From the NCBI GenBank assembly GCA_021463485.1, contig JAJTYJ010000003.1:88380-152379 (forward strand): a DNA stretch of 64,000 bases, given 5' to 3'. The translations under genes and the position numbers were made by a program. Every line of letters begins with the position of its first letter. The stretch's first letter is position 1. The stretch is from a bacterium (lineage in GTDB: Bacteria > Patescibacteriota > UBA1384 > 2-12-FULL-50-11). Positions 23,465 to 32,876 of the stretch are shown in pieces. Below the pieces are notes generated by a model, which saw nothing but the letters and a program-made list of their open reading frames with translations, did not search any database and was not told where the DNA came from.

Positions 23465-23937
23465 TGCGTGGACGAAGTAAAATCAAAAAACCAGCCCTAG
23501 TTCTTGATCCAAAATATCAAGATGTCTTGATCTCAAAACTCATAAATAAAGTGATGTGGGGCGGCAAAAAGACTACAGCTCAAGGTATTGTTTACAGCGC
23601 CCTAGAGCGATTAGCCGAAGAACAGCAAACCGAACCACGCACTGTGCTGCGAGATATTATCGATAAAGCCGCTCCAATTTTGGAAGTTCGTTCTCGTCGT
23701 GTTGGCGGCGCAACCTACCAGGTTCCAGTTGAAGTTAAGCCAAGCCGTAAAAATGTGTTGGTAATCCGCTGGCTGCTAGAAGTTGCTCGTAAACAACAAG
23801 GCAAATCGATGGAAGAGCTGTTATATCAAGAGATGAAAAACATTCTGGAGAATACCGGCTCAGTTATGAAGAAGCGCGAAGATCTACACAAGATGGCCGA
23901 AGCCAACCGAGCATTCGCTCACTTCGCCCGCTACTAA
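23464..23937 (+). CDS. rpsG: 30S ribosomal protein S7
   Basis: RRVGGATYQVP, MAEANRAFAH. Confidence 0.99.
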   Translation: MRGRSKIKKPALVLDPKYQDVLISKLINKVMWGGKKTTAQGIVYSALERLAEEQQTEPRTVLRDIIDKAAPILEVRSRRVGGATYQVPVEVKPSRKNVLVIRWLLEVARKQQGKSMEELLYQEMKNILENTGSVMKKREDLHKMAEANRAFAHFARY

Positions 23938-24102
23938 ATGAAACTGAAAACGATCTCCGCCATTTTGTTGCTGCTTGTGGAGTTTATGCTCTTCTTCATC
24001 ACCGTTGAACCGCTTTGGGCAAAGGTAGTTGCAATAATCCTGCTTGGGATAGTCATCTTCCTAGCCGTCACCGACAAAAGCGAAAATAAGTTAAATCAGT
24101 AA
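23938..24102 (+). CDS. Small two-TM membrane protein (54 aa)
   Basis: MKLKTISAILLLLVEFMLFFITVEPLWAKVVAIILLGIVIFLAVTDKSENKLNQ; ATG abuts rpsG stop and the ORF fills the gap up to the fusA SD; below ORF-track cutoff. Confidence 0.75.
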   Translation: MKLKTISAILLLLVEFMLFFITVEPLWAKVVAIILLGIVIFLAVTDKSENKLNQ

Positions 24103-24111
24103 GGGAGATAC

Positions 24112-26202
24112 ATGGCACGACAATACCCACTCGAGCGCGTCCGAAATATCGGTATCATCGCTCACATCGACGCAGGTAAAACAACAGTTTCAGAACGTAT
24201 TCTGTTTTACACCGGTAAAAACTACAAAATCGGCGAAGTGCACGAGGGTGCGGCTACGATGGACTGGATGGAACAAGAACAAGAGCGCGGCATTACCATT
24301 ACCGCCGCGGCTACTACTTGTTTTTGGAAAGATAACTCGATTAACATTATCGACACACCAGGTCACATAGACTTTACTATCGAAGTTCAGCGCTCACTAC
24401 GCGTGTTAGATGGTGCTGTTACCGTTTTCGACGGCGTTGCGGGTGTAGAAGCGCAAAGCGAAACTGTTTGGCGACAAGCCGACAAGTACAAAGTTCCGCG
24501 AATTTGCTTTGTTAATAAGCTCGATCGTATCGGCGCCGATTTTAAATTTGTCGTTAAAACGATCCAAGATCGTTTAGGCGCTAAAACTGCCGTTATTCAA
24601 CTACCTATCGGTCAAGAAGACCAACTTAAGGGAGTGGTTGATTTACTCGAAAATAAAGCCGTTGTCTGGAAAGACGATTTAGGTAAGGATCCGATCGTCG
24701 AAGACATCCCGGCGGATATGAAAGACGAAGTCGAGGAGTATCGCAGTAAGCTCATCGAGCAGATCGCCGAAACCGACGAAGCATTACTAGAAAAGTACTT
24801 CGCCGGCGAAGAGCTAACGGTAGCCGAGTTAAAGGCGGCGCTGCGAAAAGCCGTTATTGCTGTTCAAGTTTTCCCAGTTTTAGCTGGTTCGGCGCTTAAA
24901 AACAAAGGTGTTCAAACGATGCTTGATGCCGTCATCGACTTTTTACCAAGTCCGCTCGACGTTCCGGCGCCGCACGGTACCGACGTTAAAGACCCAGAGA
25001 AAGTCATTGAGCGAAAAGTTGACGACTCCGAGCCGTTCACAGCCCTGGCGTTTAAAGTTGCAACCGACCCGTTTGTTGGCTCGCTAACATTCTTCCGCGT
25101 TTACGCTGGCAAGATTACCGCCGGTTCGTATGTATTAAATAGTTCAAAAGGCGAAAAAGAGCGCGTTGGTCGCATTGTTCGTCTTCACGCTAACTCCCGC
25201 GAAGACGTAACCGAAGTTTACGCCGGTGAGATCGCGGCTGCTGTTGGTTTGAAGAACTCAACAACCGGTGACACGCTTTGCGCCGAGAACGCTCCGATTA
25301 TTCTCGAGCGAATTAACGTTCCGGAACCAGTTATTAAAATGTCGATCGAGCCAAAAACCAAAGCCGATCAAGAAAAAATGGGCGTGGCGCTACAACGCTT
25401 AGCTGCCGAGGACCCGACTCTTCGCTTAAGCCAAGACGAGACAACTAACCAAACCTTGATCGAAGGTATGGGCGAGCTTCACTTAGATATTATTGTCGAT
25501 CGCATGCGACGCGAGTTTAGTGTTGAAGCTACGAAGGGCCAGCCGCAGGTTGCCTTTAAAGAAGCAATTACCCGAGCCGTTAAACAAGAAGGTAAATACG
25601 TTAAACAAACTGGTGGTCGCGGTCAGTACGGCCACGTCTGGCTCGAAATCGAACCGCAAGAACGCGGTAAGGGGTTTGAGTTTGTTAATAAAGTTGTCGG
25701 TGGTGCGATCCCACGCGAGTTTATTTCTTCTGTCGAAAAAGGAGTTAAAGACTCTGTTTCCAAGGGTGTTATCGCCGGGTATCCGCTCGTTGACGTTAAA
25801 GTTACCGTTTACGACGGTTCGTACCACGACGTCGACTCTTCAGACGTCGCGTTCCAAATCGCTGCTTCGATGGCGATGAAAGACGGCGTCAAAGCCGCTG
25901 GCCCGGTTCTACTCGAACCAGTTATGAAAGTCGAAGTTACAACTCCAGAAGAGTTCTTTGGCTCGATAGTCGGCGATCTTAATAGTCGCCGTGGCCGCAT
26001 TATGGGCTCCGAAGACCGCGGCAATTCTCGAGTAGTTGATGCGATGATTCCGCTCGCTGAGATGTTTGGTTACATTACCGACCTACGCGGCATGAGCCAA
26101 GGCCGAGCCAGCTTCACAATGGAATTCGACCATTACGAAGAGGTTCCACGCAACATCGCCGAGGGAATAATTGGCAAATCTGGTGCTAAAGCCGCCGCGT
26201 AA
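24112..26202 (+). CDS. fusA: Elongation factor G
   Basis: [29 protein letters not shown]. Confidence 0.99.
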   Translation: MARQYPLERVRNIGIIAHIDAGKTTVSERILFYTGKNYKIGEVHEGAATMDWMEQEQERGITITAAATTCFWKDNSINIIDTPGHIDFTIEVQRSLRVLDGAVTVFDGVAGVEAQSETVWRQADKYKVPRICFVNKLDRIGADFKFVVKTIQDRLGAKTAVIQLPIGQEDQLKGVVDLLENKAVVWKDDLGKDPIVEDIPADMKDEVEEYRSKLIEQIAETDEALLEKYFAGEELTVAELKAALRKAVIAVQVFPVLAGSALKNKGVQTMLDAVIDFLPSPLDVPAPHGTDVKDPEKVIERKVDDSEPFTALAFKVATDPFVGSLTFFRVYAGKITAGSYVLNSSKGEKERVGRIVRLHANSREDVTEVYAGEIAAAVGLKNSTTGDTLCAENAPIILERINVPEPVIKMSIEPKTKADQEKMGVALQRLAAEDPTLRLSQDETTNQTLIEGMGELHLDIIVDRMRREFSVEATKGQPQVAFKEAITRAVKQEGKYVKQTGGRGQYGHVWLEIEPQERGKGFEFVNKVVGGAIPREFISSVEKGVKDSVSKGVIAGYPLVDVKVTVYDGSYHDVDSSDVAFQIAASMAMKDGVKAAGPVLLEPVMKVEVTTPEEFFGSIVGDLNSRRGRIMGSEDRGNSRVVDAMIPLAEMFGYITDLRGMSQGRASFTMEFDHYEEVPRNIAEGIIGKSGAKAAA

Positions 26203-26301
26203 CCACTGCCCTTGACCGGGATATGGTTTAAGCAGTAAAATGTATCAGAAACTAACTAATAATAAAAACATAAATATAAGGTTTAAGTAAAAGGAGTACG
26301 C

Positions 26302-27483
26302 ATGGCAGCAACATTCGAACGCACAAAGCCGCACGTCAACGTTGGTACCATCGGTCACGTCGACCACGGTAAAACTACGTTAACGGCAGCTATCACAAAC
26401 ACACTCGCCGACAAGGGTTGGGCAGAGAAAAAGGCCGTTGATCAGATCGACAACGCCCCAGAAGAAAAACAGCGCGGTATTACTATCGCGACGTATCACG
26501 TTGAGTACGAGTCGGAGAAGCGACACTACGCTCACGTCGACTGTCCAGGACACGCCGACTACGTTAAGAACATGATTACCGGTGCCGCTCAAATGGACGC
26601 CGCTATTCTCGTGGTCTCTGCTCCAGACGGTCCGATGCCACAAACTCGTGAGCACATTCTGCTTGCGAAGCAGGTTGGTGTTCCGTACATCGTCGTCTTC
26701 TTAAACAAGTGCGACCAAGTTTCTGATCCAGATCTTCTCGAGCTCGTTGAAGAAGAAGTTCGCGATCTTTTAAACAAGTACGAGTACCCAGGTAAAGACA
26801 CACCGATCATTAAGGGCTCAGCTCTTAAGGCTATCGAAGGCGACGCTGACGCTAAGAAAGCAATCTTCGATCTTATTGAAGCGCTCGATTCTTACGTCCC
26901 AGAGCCAGTTCGTGAAACTGACAAACCTTTCTTGATGCCAGTAGAAGACGTCTTCTCAATCAAAGGCCGTGGTACGGTTGTTACCGGTCGTGTTGAGCGC
27001 GGTACCGTTAAGGTTGGTGAAGAAGTTGAAGTTGTCGGATTGAATGACACTAAGAAAACAGTTGTTACCGGAGTAGAAATGTTCCGCAAGCAGCTCGATT
27101 CTGGTCAAGCTGGCGATAACGTTGGTCTTCTTGTTCGTGGCTTAGAGCGCACAGATGTTGAGCGCGGCCAGGTTCTTTGTAAGCCAGGTTCGATTACTCC
27201 ACACACCGAGTTCGAAGCTGAGTGTTACATCCTTAAAAAAGAAGAAGGCGGACGACACACCCCATTCACCAAGGGTTACAAGCCTCAATTCTACTTCCGA
27301 ACCACTGATGTGACCGGAGAAGTTGAGCTTCCAGGCGACGCCGAGATGGTTGTCCCAGGCGACACTACAACCTTCAAAGTTAAACTCATCCAGCCAATCG
27401 CGATGGAAGAGAAACTCCGCTTCGCTATCCGCGAAGGTGGTAAGACGGTTGGTGCCGGTATCGTTACCAAAATTATCAAATAA
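26302..27483 (+). CDS. tuf: Elongation factor Tu
   Basis: [24 protein letters not shown]; own promoter TTGACC-18-TAAAAT upstream. Confidence 0.99.
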   Translation: MAATFERTKPHVNVGTIGHVDHGKTTLTAAITNTLADKGWAEKKAVDQIDNAPEEKQRGITIATYHVEYESEKRHYAHVDCPGHADYVKNMITGAAQMDAAILVVSAPDGPMPQTREHILLAKQVGVPYIVVFLNKCDQVSDPDLLELVEEEVRDLLNKYEYPGKDTPIIKGSALKAIEGDADAKKAIFDLIEALDSYVPEPVRETDKPFLMPVEDVFSIKGRGTVVTGRVERGTVKVGEEVEVVGLNDTKKTVVTGVEMFRKQLDSGQAGDNVGLLVRGLERTDVERGQVLCKPGSITPHTEFEAECYILKKEEGGRHTPFTKGYKPQFYFRTTDVTGEVELPGDAEMVVPGDTTTFKVKLIQPIAMEEKLRFAIREGGKTVGAGIVTKIIK

Positions 27484-27504
27484 TAGGGAAGGAATTGTAC
27501 ATTA

Positions 27505-27837
27505 ATGGCCCAAAAGACCGCTCGCGAAGCTGCCAAATCCAGCATCCGCATCAAGCTTAAAGCGTACGATTACCGAGTAATCGATCGTTCCGCCAAGAAA
27601 ATTATCGAGGCGGCCGAGCGGACAGGGGCTATTATTGCCGGACCTATCCCGTTACCAACTGAGAAATCATTAGTAACGGTCAATCGCTCCACGTTCGTCC
27701 ACAAAGACGCACGCGAGCAGTTCGAAATTCGTATTCACAAGCGCATTATCGATGTCTTGGATCCAAATCCAAAAACCCTTGATGCCTTGATGAATCTCGA
27801 TCTCCCAGCCGGAGTGGATATTGAGATAAAAACGTAA
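27505..27837 (+). CDS. rpsJ: 30S ribosomal protein S10
   Basis: [27 protein letters not shown]. Confidence 0.99.
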   Translation: MAQKTAREAAKSSIRIKLKAYDYRVIDRSAKKIIEAAERTGAIIAGPIPLPTEKSLVTVNRSTFVHKDAREQFEIRIHKRIIDVLDPNPKTLDALMNLDLPAGVDIEIKT

Positions 27838-27855
27838 GAGTCTCACATTGAAACG

Positions 27856-27887
27856 CAAAAAGTCCGCTCACAAGAGCGGGTTTTTTG
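27856..27887 (+). terminator. Intrinsic terminator after rpsJ
   Basis: CCGCTC-ACAA-GAGCGG followed by a T6 run. Confidence 0.8.
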
Positions 27888-27977
27888 TAGAATTATTGTC
27901 TAAAATAATTTTTCAGAGTATTATTTCCGTGTCCTGGCTTCGGCCAGGCGAATCCTACATGGAGGCACAAAAGATGA

Positions 27978-28532
27978 ATGGTTCGAACGTTCTTGAACGC
28001 ACTCACGCTGAGCCTAGCTCTTCGCTGGTGCGAGACATCAATTCGATTCAACCCGGGTCGACGGAACTGCTCAACGAGGGGCAGGCCCGAAAGCGACTCA
28101 CCGACACCCATACGATGCGAGCCCGAGAGCTCTGCCCTGCCCAGGGCAAGCGAGCGGCCGGTGGATTCCTCCAGCGAATCTTCGGCTAACGGGCGACCAA
28201 CGACGTGGGAGTTGTTCGTCGCTTTGAAGCGACAGTTCGAGAGACCGAAGAAACGTTTCCCGATGAATTTTCCGTGGGTTTGTGGATGTGGCAAAGCCGG
28301 CTTCCCCGGCTGTAAAGACCGCGAGCACTTCTGCGAGCGCGTCTATCTAGCACTACTCGACTACCACCAACATCAGGAAACGAAATCCCGGAATCTCTGC
28401 TACTTCGTTGACGGCGGCGAACAACTTCTACGTGTCGACCAATTCAGTGCCAGGCGTATACAGCTACTCGAGGCAGACCTCGAGAAAGCTGAGACGATCT
28501 TGCGCAGAATGCTATCCGACAACCCCGCTTAA
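27978..28532 (+). CDS. Hypothetical Cys-rich protein (start and 5' frame uncertain)
   Basis: Promoter TTGTCT-17-TATTAT upstream, hairpin terminator at stop; CGCG...GC...HFC cluster. Confidence 0.55.
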   Translation: MVRTFLNALTLSLALRWCETSIRFNPGRRNCSTRGRPESDSPTPIRCEPESSALPRASERPVDSSSESSANGRPTTWELFVALKRQFERPKKRFPMNFPWVCGCGKAGFPGCKDREHFCERVYLALLDYHQHQETKSRNLCYFVDGGEQLLRVDQFSARRIQLLEADLEKAETILRRMLSDNPA

Positions 28533-28601
28533 CCACAGCGGGGCTTTTCTTGACAATAGAGCCTAAAGCACGTTGACTGTATAAAAATGGGTGGAGGGAG
28601 A

Positions 28602-29435
28602 ATGCACGAACAAATTAGGCCGCAGGCACACGTAGCGACGTGGGCGATTTCGGTGTTGATGGTGATACTAGCGGCGACGCTTGGTACAACTAACGATATT
28701 ACAAACGCAACTGAAGTCTACACAGCTCCGGACGGTACGAAGAAATACTTTACGTACGAGGGGAGCGGCGGGTTTAAGGCGCCAGACGCTTGTTTAAAAC
28801 CGACGGCAGAGCAGCAGGTGCAAATTGATCAAATTACAGTACTCAAAAAAGAGTTATTGGTGTTACAAGAGAAAGATACTTCGCAATTTACAGCTGAAGA
28901 AAAGGCTGCACACGAAGCTAAAATCCAAGAGTTATTAACTAAAATTAAAACAGCAGCTGGTACGGTGTCGACAGTAAAACCAGGGCCAACCGCAGAATGT
29001 AAGGCAGCGGTGGTGGCCGGCAATATTAAACTAATGACTGCACAGCTAGAACAAACAAAATCAAAACTAATTGTGAGCGTGGACAACGTAAGCGCCAAAA
29101 TAATAAAGGTTGAAGATGCAATTGCAAACATTAAGCCGACAACCGAGAATCAACCAATTCTAACTGCAATTACCGCTGATATTAACGCCGCAAAGCTTAA
29201 CCTAGCCATCCTTTCCGACTTTCTAACCAAGACACAATCTCAAATGGAATCGTTTTTAACGCTTTCAAAAACCGATCCTAACAAAGCGTACGATTCAATT
29301 AGAACCTTTAGGGTTGGCGGAGATAATCTGAAAGCTACAAAGGCAAGTGAAGGTATAATTAGCGCGTTTACGAGCCTGAAAGCCAATATCGAGCGCTTAA
29401 TCGAACTTACGGAGGGTAGTAATGGAAATATCTAA
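28602..29435 (+). CDS. Exported helical/coiled-coil hypothetical protein
   Basis: SD GGAGGGAG before ATG 28602, N-terminal hydrophobic helix, K/E/A-rich helices. Confidence 0.8.
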   Translation: MHEQIRPQAHVATWAISVLMVILAATLGTTNDITNATEVYTAPDGTKKYFTYEGSGGFKAPDACLKPTAEQQVQIDQITVLKKELLVLQEKDTSQFTAEEKAAHEAKIQELLTKIKTAAGTVSTVKPGPTAECKAAVVAGNIKLMTAQLEQTKSKLIVSVDNVSAKIIKVEDAIANIKPTTENQPILTAITADINAAKLNLAILSDFLTKTQSQMESFLTLSKTDPNKAYDSIRTFRVGGDNLKATKASEGIISAFTSLKANIERLIELTEGSNGNI

Positions 29436-29703
29436 TTCACCAGTACCGGCATCGCAGCCGCACTCAAAAGTCTGGTTAATGGTGACGCTCGTAGTAGCAG
29501 TAGTTGCAGCAGGTTTAATTTGGTATTTCTTGTATCCGAAGACAGAGGATTCAAGCACGCAGACCCCCGAGTCCCAAAAAACCGTCAAAAATGCAGTTGA
29601 TGAGACGCTAGTTGCAGCAAAAAACGATCTGAATACCGTTAATGTCGAGGAGTTAAAAGTTGCGGTCGACGAGTTAAAATCCACCCTTGACGCTTTTGAA
29701 TAA
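29422..29703 (+). CDS. Small single-pass membrane protein
   Basis: SD GGAGG, TM VWLMVTLVVAVVAAGLIWYFL, acidic helical tail. Confidence 0.8.
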   Translation: MEISNSPVPASQPHSKVWLMVTLVVAVVAAGLIWYFLYPKTEDSSTQTPESQKTVKNAVDETLVAAKNDLNTVNVEELKVAVDELKSTLDAFE

Positions 29704-29727
29704 TAAAATGCCCCGACGGTGCGGGGC

Positions 29728-30189
29728 TTAGAGATCGGCGTAGATCTCGGGTGGGACAACGAGGTCGAGCTTGTTTCGTTCGATCGCTTCAGCGATAACT
29801 TGCTCTCGGGTCATCTTGTAAACAACCATTCTTGTTGCAATCCAGCGGCAGATCGTCATGGCCGGTGAGAGACCGAGACTGATCATTACAACGGCGCTAG
29901 CTGCAAGGAGTTTTACGATCTCGCCGTGGTTAATCGAACGTAACTCGATTAAAAGATCGCCCACTGTCTTATAGAGCGCCATCGTCTCGTGCTCGATACA
30001 AAACCGGCAAGCTGTGTGCCCGTGTGGCTGAAAGATCATATGCGGTTGCGAATGAATAGGGCAATAAATACCTTGTTCGAGCGCGCATGATACACACGAG
30101 AACGGCGATTGCGAGAGATCAACTTGCTCGCAGAGTTCGGGAATCGTAACGACGATATCTGGTTCTTTCTGACAATACCGACAAACCAT
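29728..30189 (-). CDS. Hypothetical Zn-finger-like protein
   Basis: SD GGAG before ATG 30189; CRYC, CVSC, CPIH..PH, HTACRFC. Confidence 0.75.
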   Translation of the reverse strand: MVCRYCQKEPDIVVTIPELCEQVDLSQSPFSCVSCALEQGIYCPIHSQPHMIFQPHGHTACRFCIEHETMALYKTVGDLLIELRSINHGEIVKLLAASAVVMISLGLSPAMTICRWIATRMVVYKMTREQVIAEAIERNKLDLVVPPEIYADL

Positions 30190-30385
30190 AATGTAACTCC
30201 AAGGTGCTTTGCGTATTCTATCGAAAATGACCCGTAAAATATAGACAGATATGGATAAAAACCCTCCCGTCAGCATGATCGGGAGGTTGGAGATGAGAAG
30301 GGGTAACCTCTCGAGTTGAGTATACGCTCAAATATTAACCTCGTTTAGAGCTTGATTATTTCTGGGTAATTATTAAGGTGAAGTT

Positions 30386-30784
30386 ATGAACGGTTACGTA
30401 GAGAATGTCGAACTTGAGACACAACAGAATACCAACTTTCGCAAAGTAGTTTATACCGGCAAGCACTCGCAGTTGGTGCTGATGAGTCTGTTACCTGGTG
30501 AGGAAATTGGAGAAGAAGTTCACGAGGACGGCGATCAATTTTTCCGTGTTGATGACGGCGTCGGCAAGGTTGTAATTGATGGTGTAGAAACGGAGCTGAC
30601 TGACGGGAGTGCTGTGGTTGTTCCGGCTGGTGCTACTCATAACGTTATCAACACTTCGGAAACCGAGCCATTGAAGCTGTATACGATATACAGCCCTCCG
30701 CACCACCGCGAAGGAGTTGTCCACGCGACTAAAAACGACGCCGAAAACGATAACGAAGAGTTCGACGGTATAACTACGGAATAA
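30386..30784 (+). CDS. Cupin domain protein
   Basis: NFRKVVYTGKHSQLVLMSL, EVHEDGDQFFRV, VPAGATHNVIN, YSPPHH. Confidence 0.92.
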   Translation: MNGYVENVELETQQNTNFRKVVYTGKHSQLVLMSLLPGEEIGEEVHEDGDQFFRVDDGVGKVVIDGVETELTDGSAVVVPAGATHNVINTSETEPLKLYTIYSPPHHREGVVHATKNDAENDNEEFDGITTE

Positions 30785-30832
30785 AAAAACCCGACCTTTC
30801 GGTCGGGCGCGGCATTGCCGCAGGTTGTACTC

Positions 30833-31366
30833 CTAATTGGAGCTGGGTGCCGGCTCTTCGGCCGGTTTTGGGGAATCGCCCTCGCTTCTTCGTCGCCTCA
30901 ACTCGTCGAGGTCGATCTCAACCAGGTCGCCCATGCCGCCAAGTAATGCGCCGAGCAGACCGCGGCCGCGCTCTCTGCGCATGGCATCGCGGAATCGCTG
31001 GCGATCGGTGGTGACGACGTGGTAGCCGACACCGTTACAGTTGCACTCTTCGACTTCCCACTTGCCGTCGACGGCGAGCATCTCGGTCAGTTTCTCGCGA
31101 CCGACTTGGAAGTGGAGGAAATGGACGACTGAATCAGCGATTTGGTAGTCCTTCGCTTTGTCGGACGAAAAGATGCCGGCCTTGAGAACCATGTCGCAGA
31201 TTCCCTGACGGTGATCTTCGGGGATGTGCTCGTGCTTGCGTGCCTCCAGGCTTGCTGAAACCTGATTGATAGCATCTTGACTTGGCTCGTCTGAAACAAA
31301 AGTGTTCAGAGCGTTGCGGAACAGTTCCCACCCTGGGGTGGTTGGTGCAGCGAATGTGTTTTCCAT
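30833..31366 (-). CDS. Hypothetical protein
   Basis: GGGGGAG upstream of ATG 31366; GC-rich codons; convergent terminator shared with cupin. Confidence 0.7.
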   Translation of the reverse strand: MENTFAAPTTPGWELFRNALNTFVSDEPSQDAINQVSASLEARKHEHIPEDHRQGICDMVLKAGIFSSDKAKDYQIADSVVHFLHFQVGREKLTEMLAVDGKWEVEECNCNGVGYHVVTTDRQRFRDAMRRERGRGLLGALLGGMGDLVEIDLDELRRRRSEGDSPKPAEEPAPSSN

Positions 31367-31483
31367 AATGTTAGCTGGTACTCCCCCTGTGAAAGTATTC
31401 ACAAGTTGCCGAAAAATTATAGTACGGACTCGGTTTATTGTCAAGGTATTAATAATAAAAACCCGCCGTGAGGCGGGGAGGTC

Positions 31484-32584
31484 TTACGGCCAACGATAGG
31501 CGATGAAGTTGTAAACGACACCGCCACCGAATGTGGCGAAGATAAGTTGGTCGTTTCGTTGGAAGTGGCCGAGCTCGGCGTAATGCGCGAGCGTACTAAA
31601 CACCGAAGCAGAAGATTGGTTACCGCGCTCAGCGATCCGATTAAGCACCCGCTCGGGCGGTATGCCGATAGCTTCGCCGAGTCGTCGAACCATTCTCCAA
31701 TTGCCGTTGTGTGGTAGTAGGAACGTTCGTTCGTCGACAGAAATACGCGAGTCAACTATGAATTGCTTGAGTTTTTGAGCGATCGGTCCGATTACCCACT
31801 GGTAGATCTCCGTACCCCTACCTTCCATTGAAGCGTTCAATGCTGGAAAACGACGGTGGTCTGGGTGGACGCCGATCCCGCGACTGCGAGTGGTGCCAGA
31901 TAGGCTGCCATCAGCTCGAGAGATGAAATCTTGTACACCGAAGTTTCTGTTATCGGAGAAACCGGCATATACAACAACTGCGCTACCGCCGTCGCCCCAA
32001 AGCAGAGCGTTCTCGTCCATATGGTCGTTGCAACGCGAACCGATCGTCTCGCCGACTGCAACCAAAGCGTACATATCGCAGCCAGTTTGGAGTGCTCGAA
32101 CAGTTTCGATGAACGCTTGTGTGCCAGAACAGCAAGCTGCTGAAACATCGAACGCTTCAGCATCAGGGATGTTAAGCAAGTGTTGCAACTTGGCAGCGCA
32201 GCTTGGATAGAGATCGTCTGGTGTAGAACCGCCACTAACAATGAGGTGGATTTTCTCTCTCGAGAAGTTCGGGTTATTACGCTCAGCTACAGCGATCGCT
32301 CGTTCAGCTGCTTGTCGGGCTAGTTCTGTTGAATCGGCTTCAGGTATGTATTGTCTGGTGACGATCCCGAGTTTTTTGGTAACGGATTCGGTAGTATGAG
32401 CTCGAACTTTTTCAAGCTCAAGCCTGTACCTCTCGCGCTCGTGCTCGGATTGTTGAGAACCGACAACTAATGGTTCGAGCTTGCGCTCGATTGCCCGCAA
32501 AACGGTCGGGTTGTCGACAGAAAAACGATCTTCGGTTGGAGTATCGCCCCAGCCGATGATCTGGATTGGGTGGGAAAGTCGCAT
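31484..32584 (-). CDS. fabH: 3-oxoacyl-ACP synthase III (FabH/KAS III)-like condensing enzyme
   Basis: AFDVSAAC (Cys), WGDGGSA, PHNGN (His), GNQSSAS (Asn), FGGG; SD AAGGAG. Confidence 0.85.
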   Translation of the reverse strand: MRLSHPIQIIGWGDTPTEDRFSVDNPTVLRAIERKLEPLVVGSQQSEHERERYRLELEKVRAHTTESVTKKLGIVTRQYIPEADSTELARQAAERAIAVAERNNPNFSREKIHLIVSGGSTPDDLYPSCAAKLQHLLNIPDAEAFDVSAACCSGTQAFIETVRALQTGCDMYALVAVGETIGSRCNDHMDENALLWGDGGSAVVVYAGFSDNRNFGVQDFISRADGSLSGTTRSRGIGVHPDHRRFPALNASMEGRGTEIYQWVIGPIAQKLKQFIVDSRISVDERTFLLPHNGNWRMVRRLGEAIGIPPERVLNRIAERGNQSSASVFSTLAHYAELGHFQRNDQLIFATFGGGVVYNFIAYRWP

Positions 32585-32692
32585 GAGGCTTCTCCTTATT
32601 GTTCAGGTTCAAACCTGTAGTGCAATTTTGGCACGATCTTCAAAAGATATCCAGGTATTGCAACAGATAAAAAAATTCAGTATTTTTCCAAA

Positions 32693-32795
32693 ACGGTCGC
32701 CAGGACCGTCAAGTGGGCCAAGAGCGGCTGCTTGGCAGAGTTGCCACTTGCTCCGGCGGGTTGCGGCGCCACAATCGCCGCGCCCGCTTATTTTC
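32693..32795 (+). ncRNA. Candidate ~100-nt structured RNA (three GC-rich hairpins)
   Basis: Upstream TTGCAA-17-TATTTT; stems ACGGTC/GACCGT, CAAGTGG/CCACTTG enclosing GCCAAG/CTTGGC, GCGGG..GCGGCG/CGCCGC..CCCGC plus T-rich tail. Confidence 0.4.
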
Positions 32796-32824
32796 TTGAC
32801 TTACTCTCGAAAAAGCCTCATAAT
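32796..32824 (+). promoter_or_regulatory. Promoter of the rplC-led operon
   Basis: TTGACT-17-CATAAT. Confidence 0.65.
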
Positions 32825-32876
32825 TGGTAAGCATATTCAACCTGTTACGAGTTGAGTGTTAAATATTTAATTCTAA

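Noticed and set aside
28190-31350. Shared PTT(PG)WELF words in two orphan proteins
   Set aside because: Too short, with no further similarity visible; likely chance
28520-31485. Inter-gene hairpins as integron attC sites
   Set aside because: No consistent RYYYAAC/GTTRRRY boxes, genes on both strands, no intI; they look like ordinary terminators
32693-32795. SRP RNA or tRNA identity for the structured element
   Set aside because: No GNRA-capped SRP domain IV motif and no T-loop or cloverleaf
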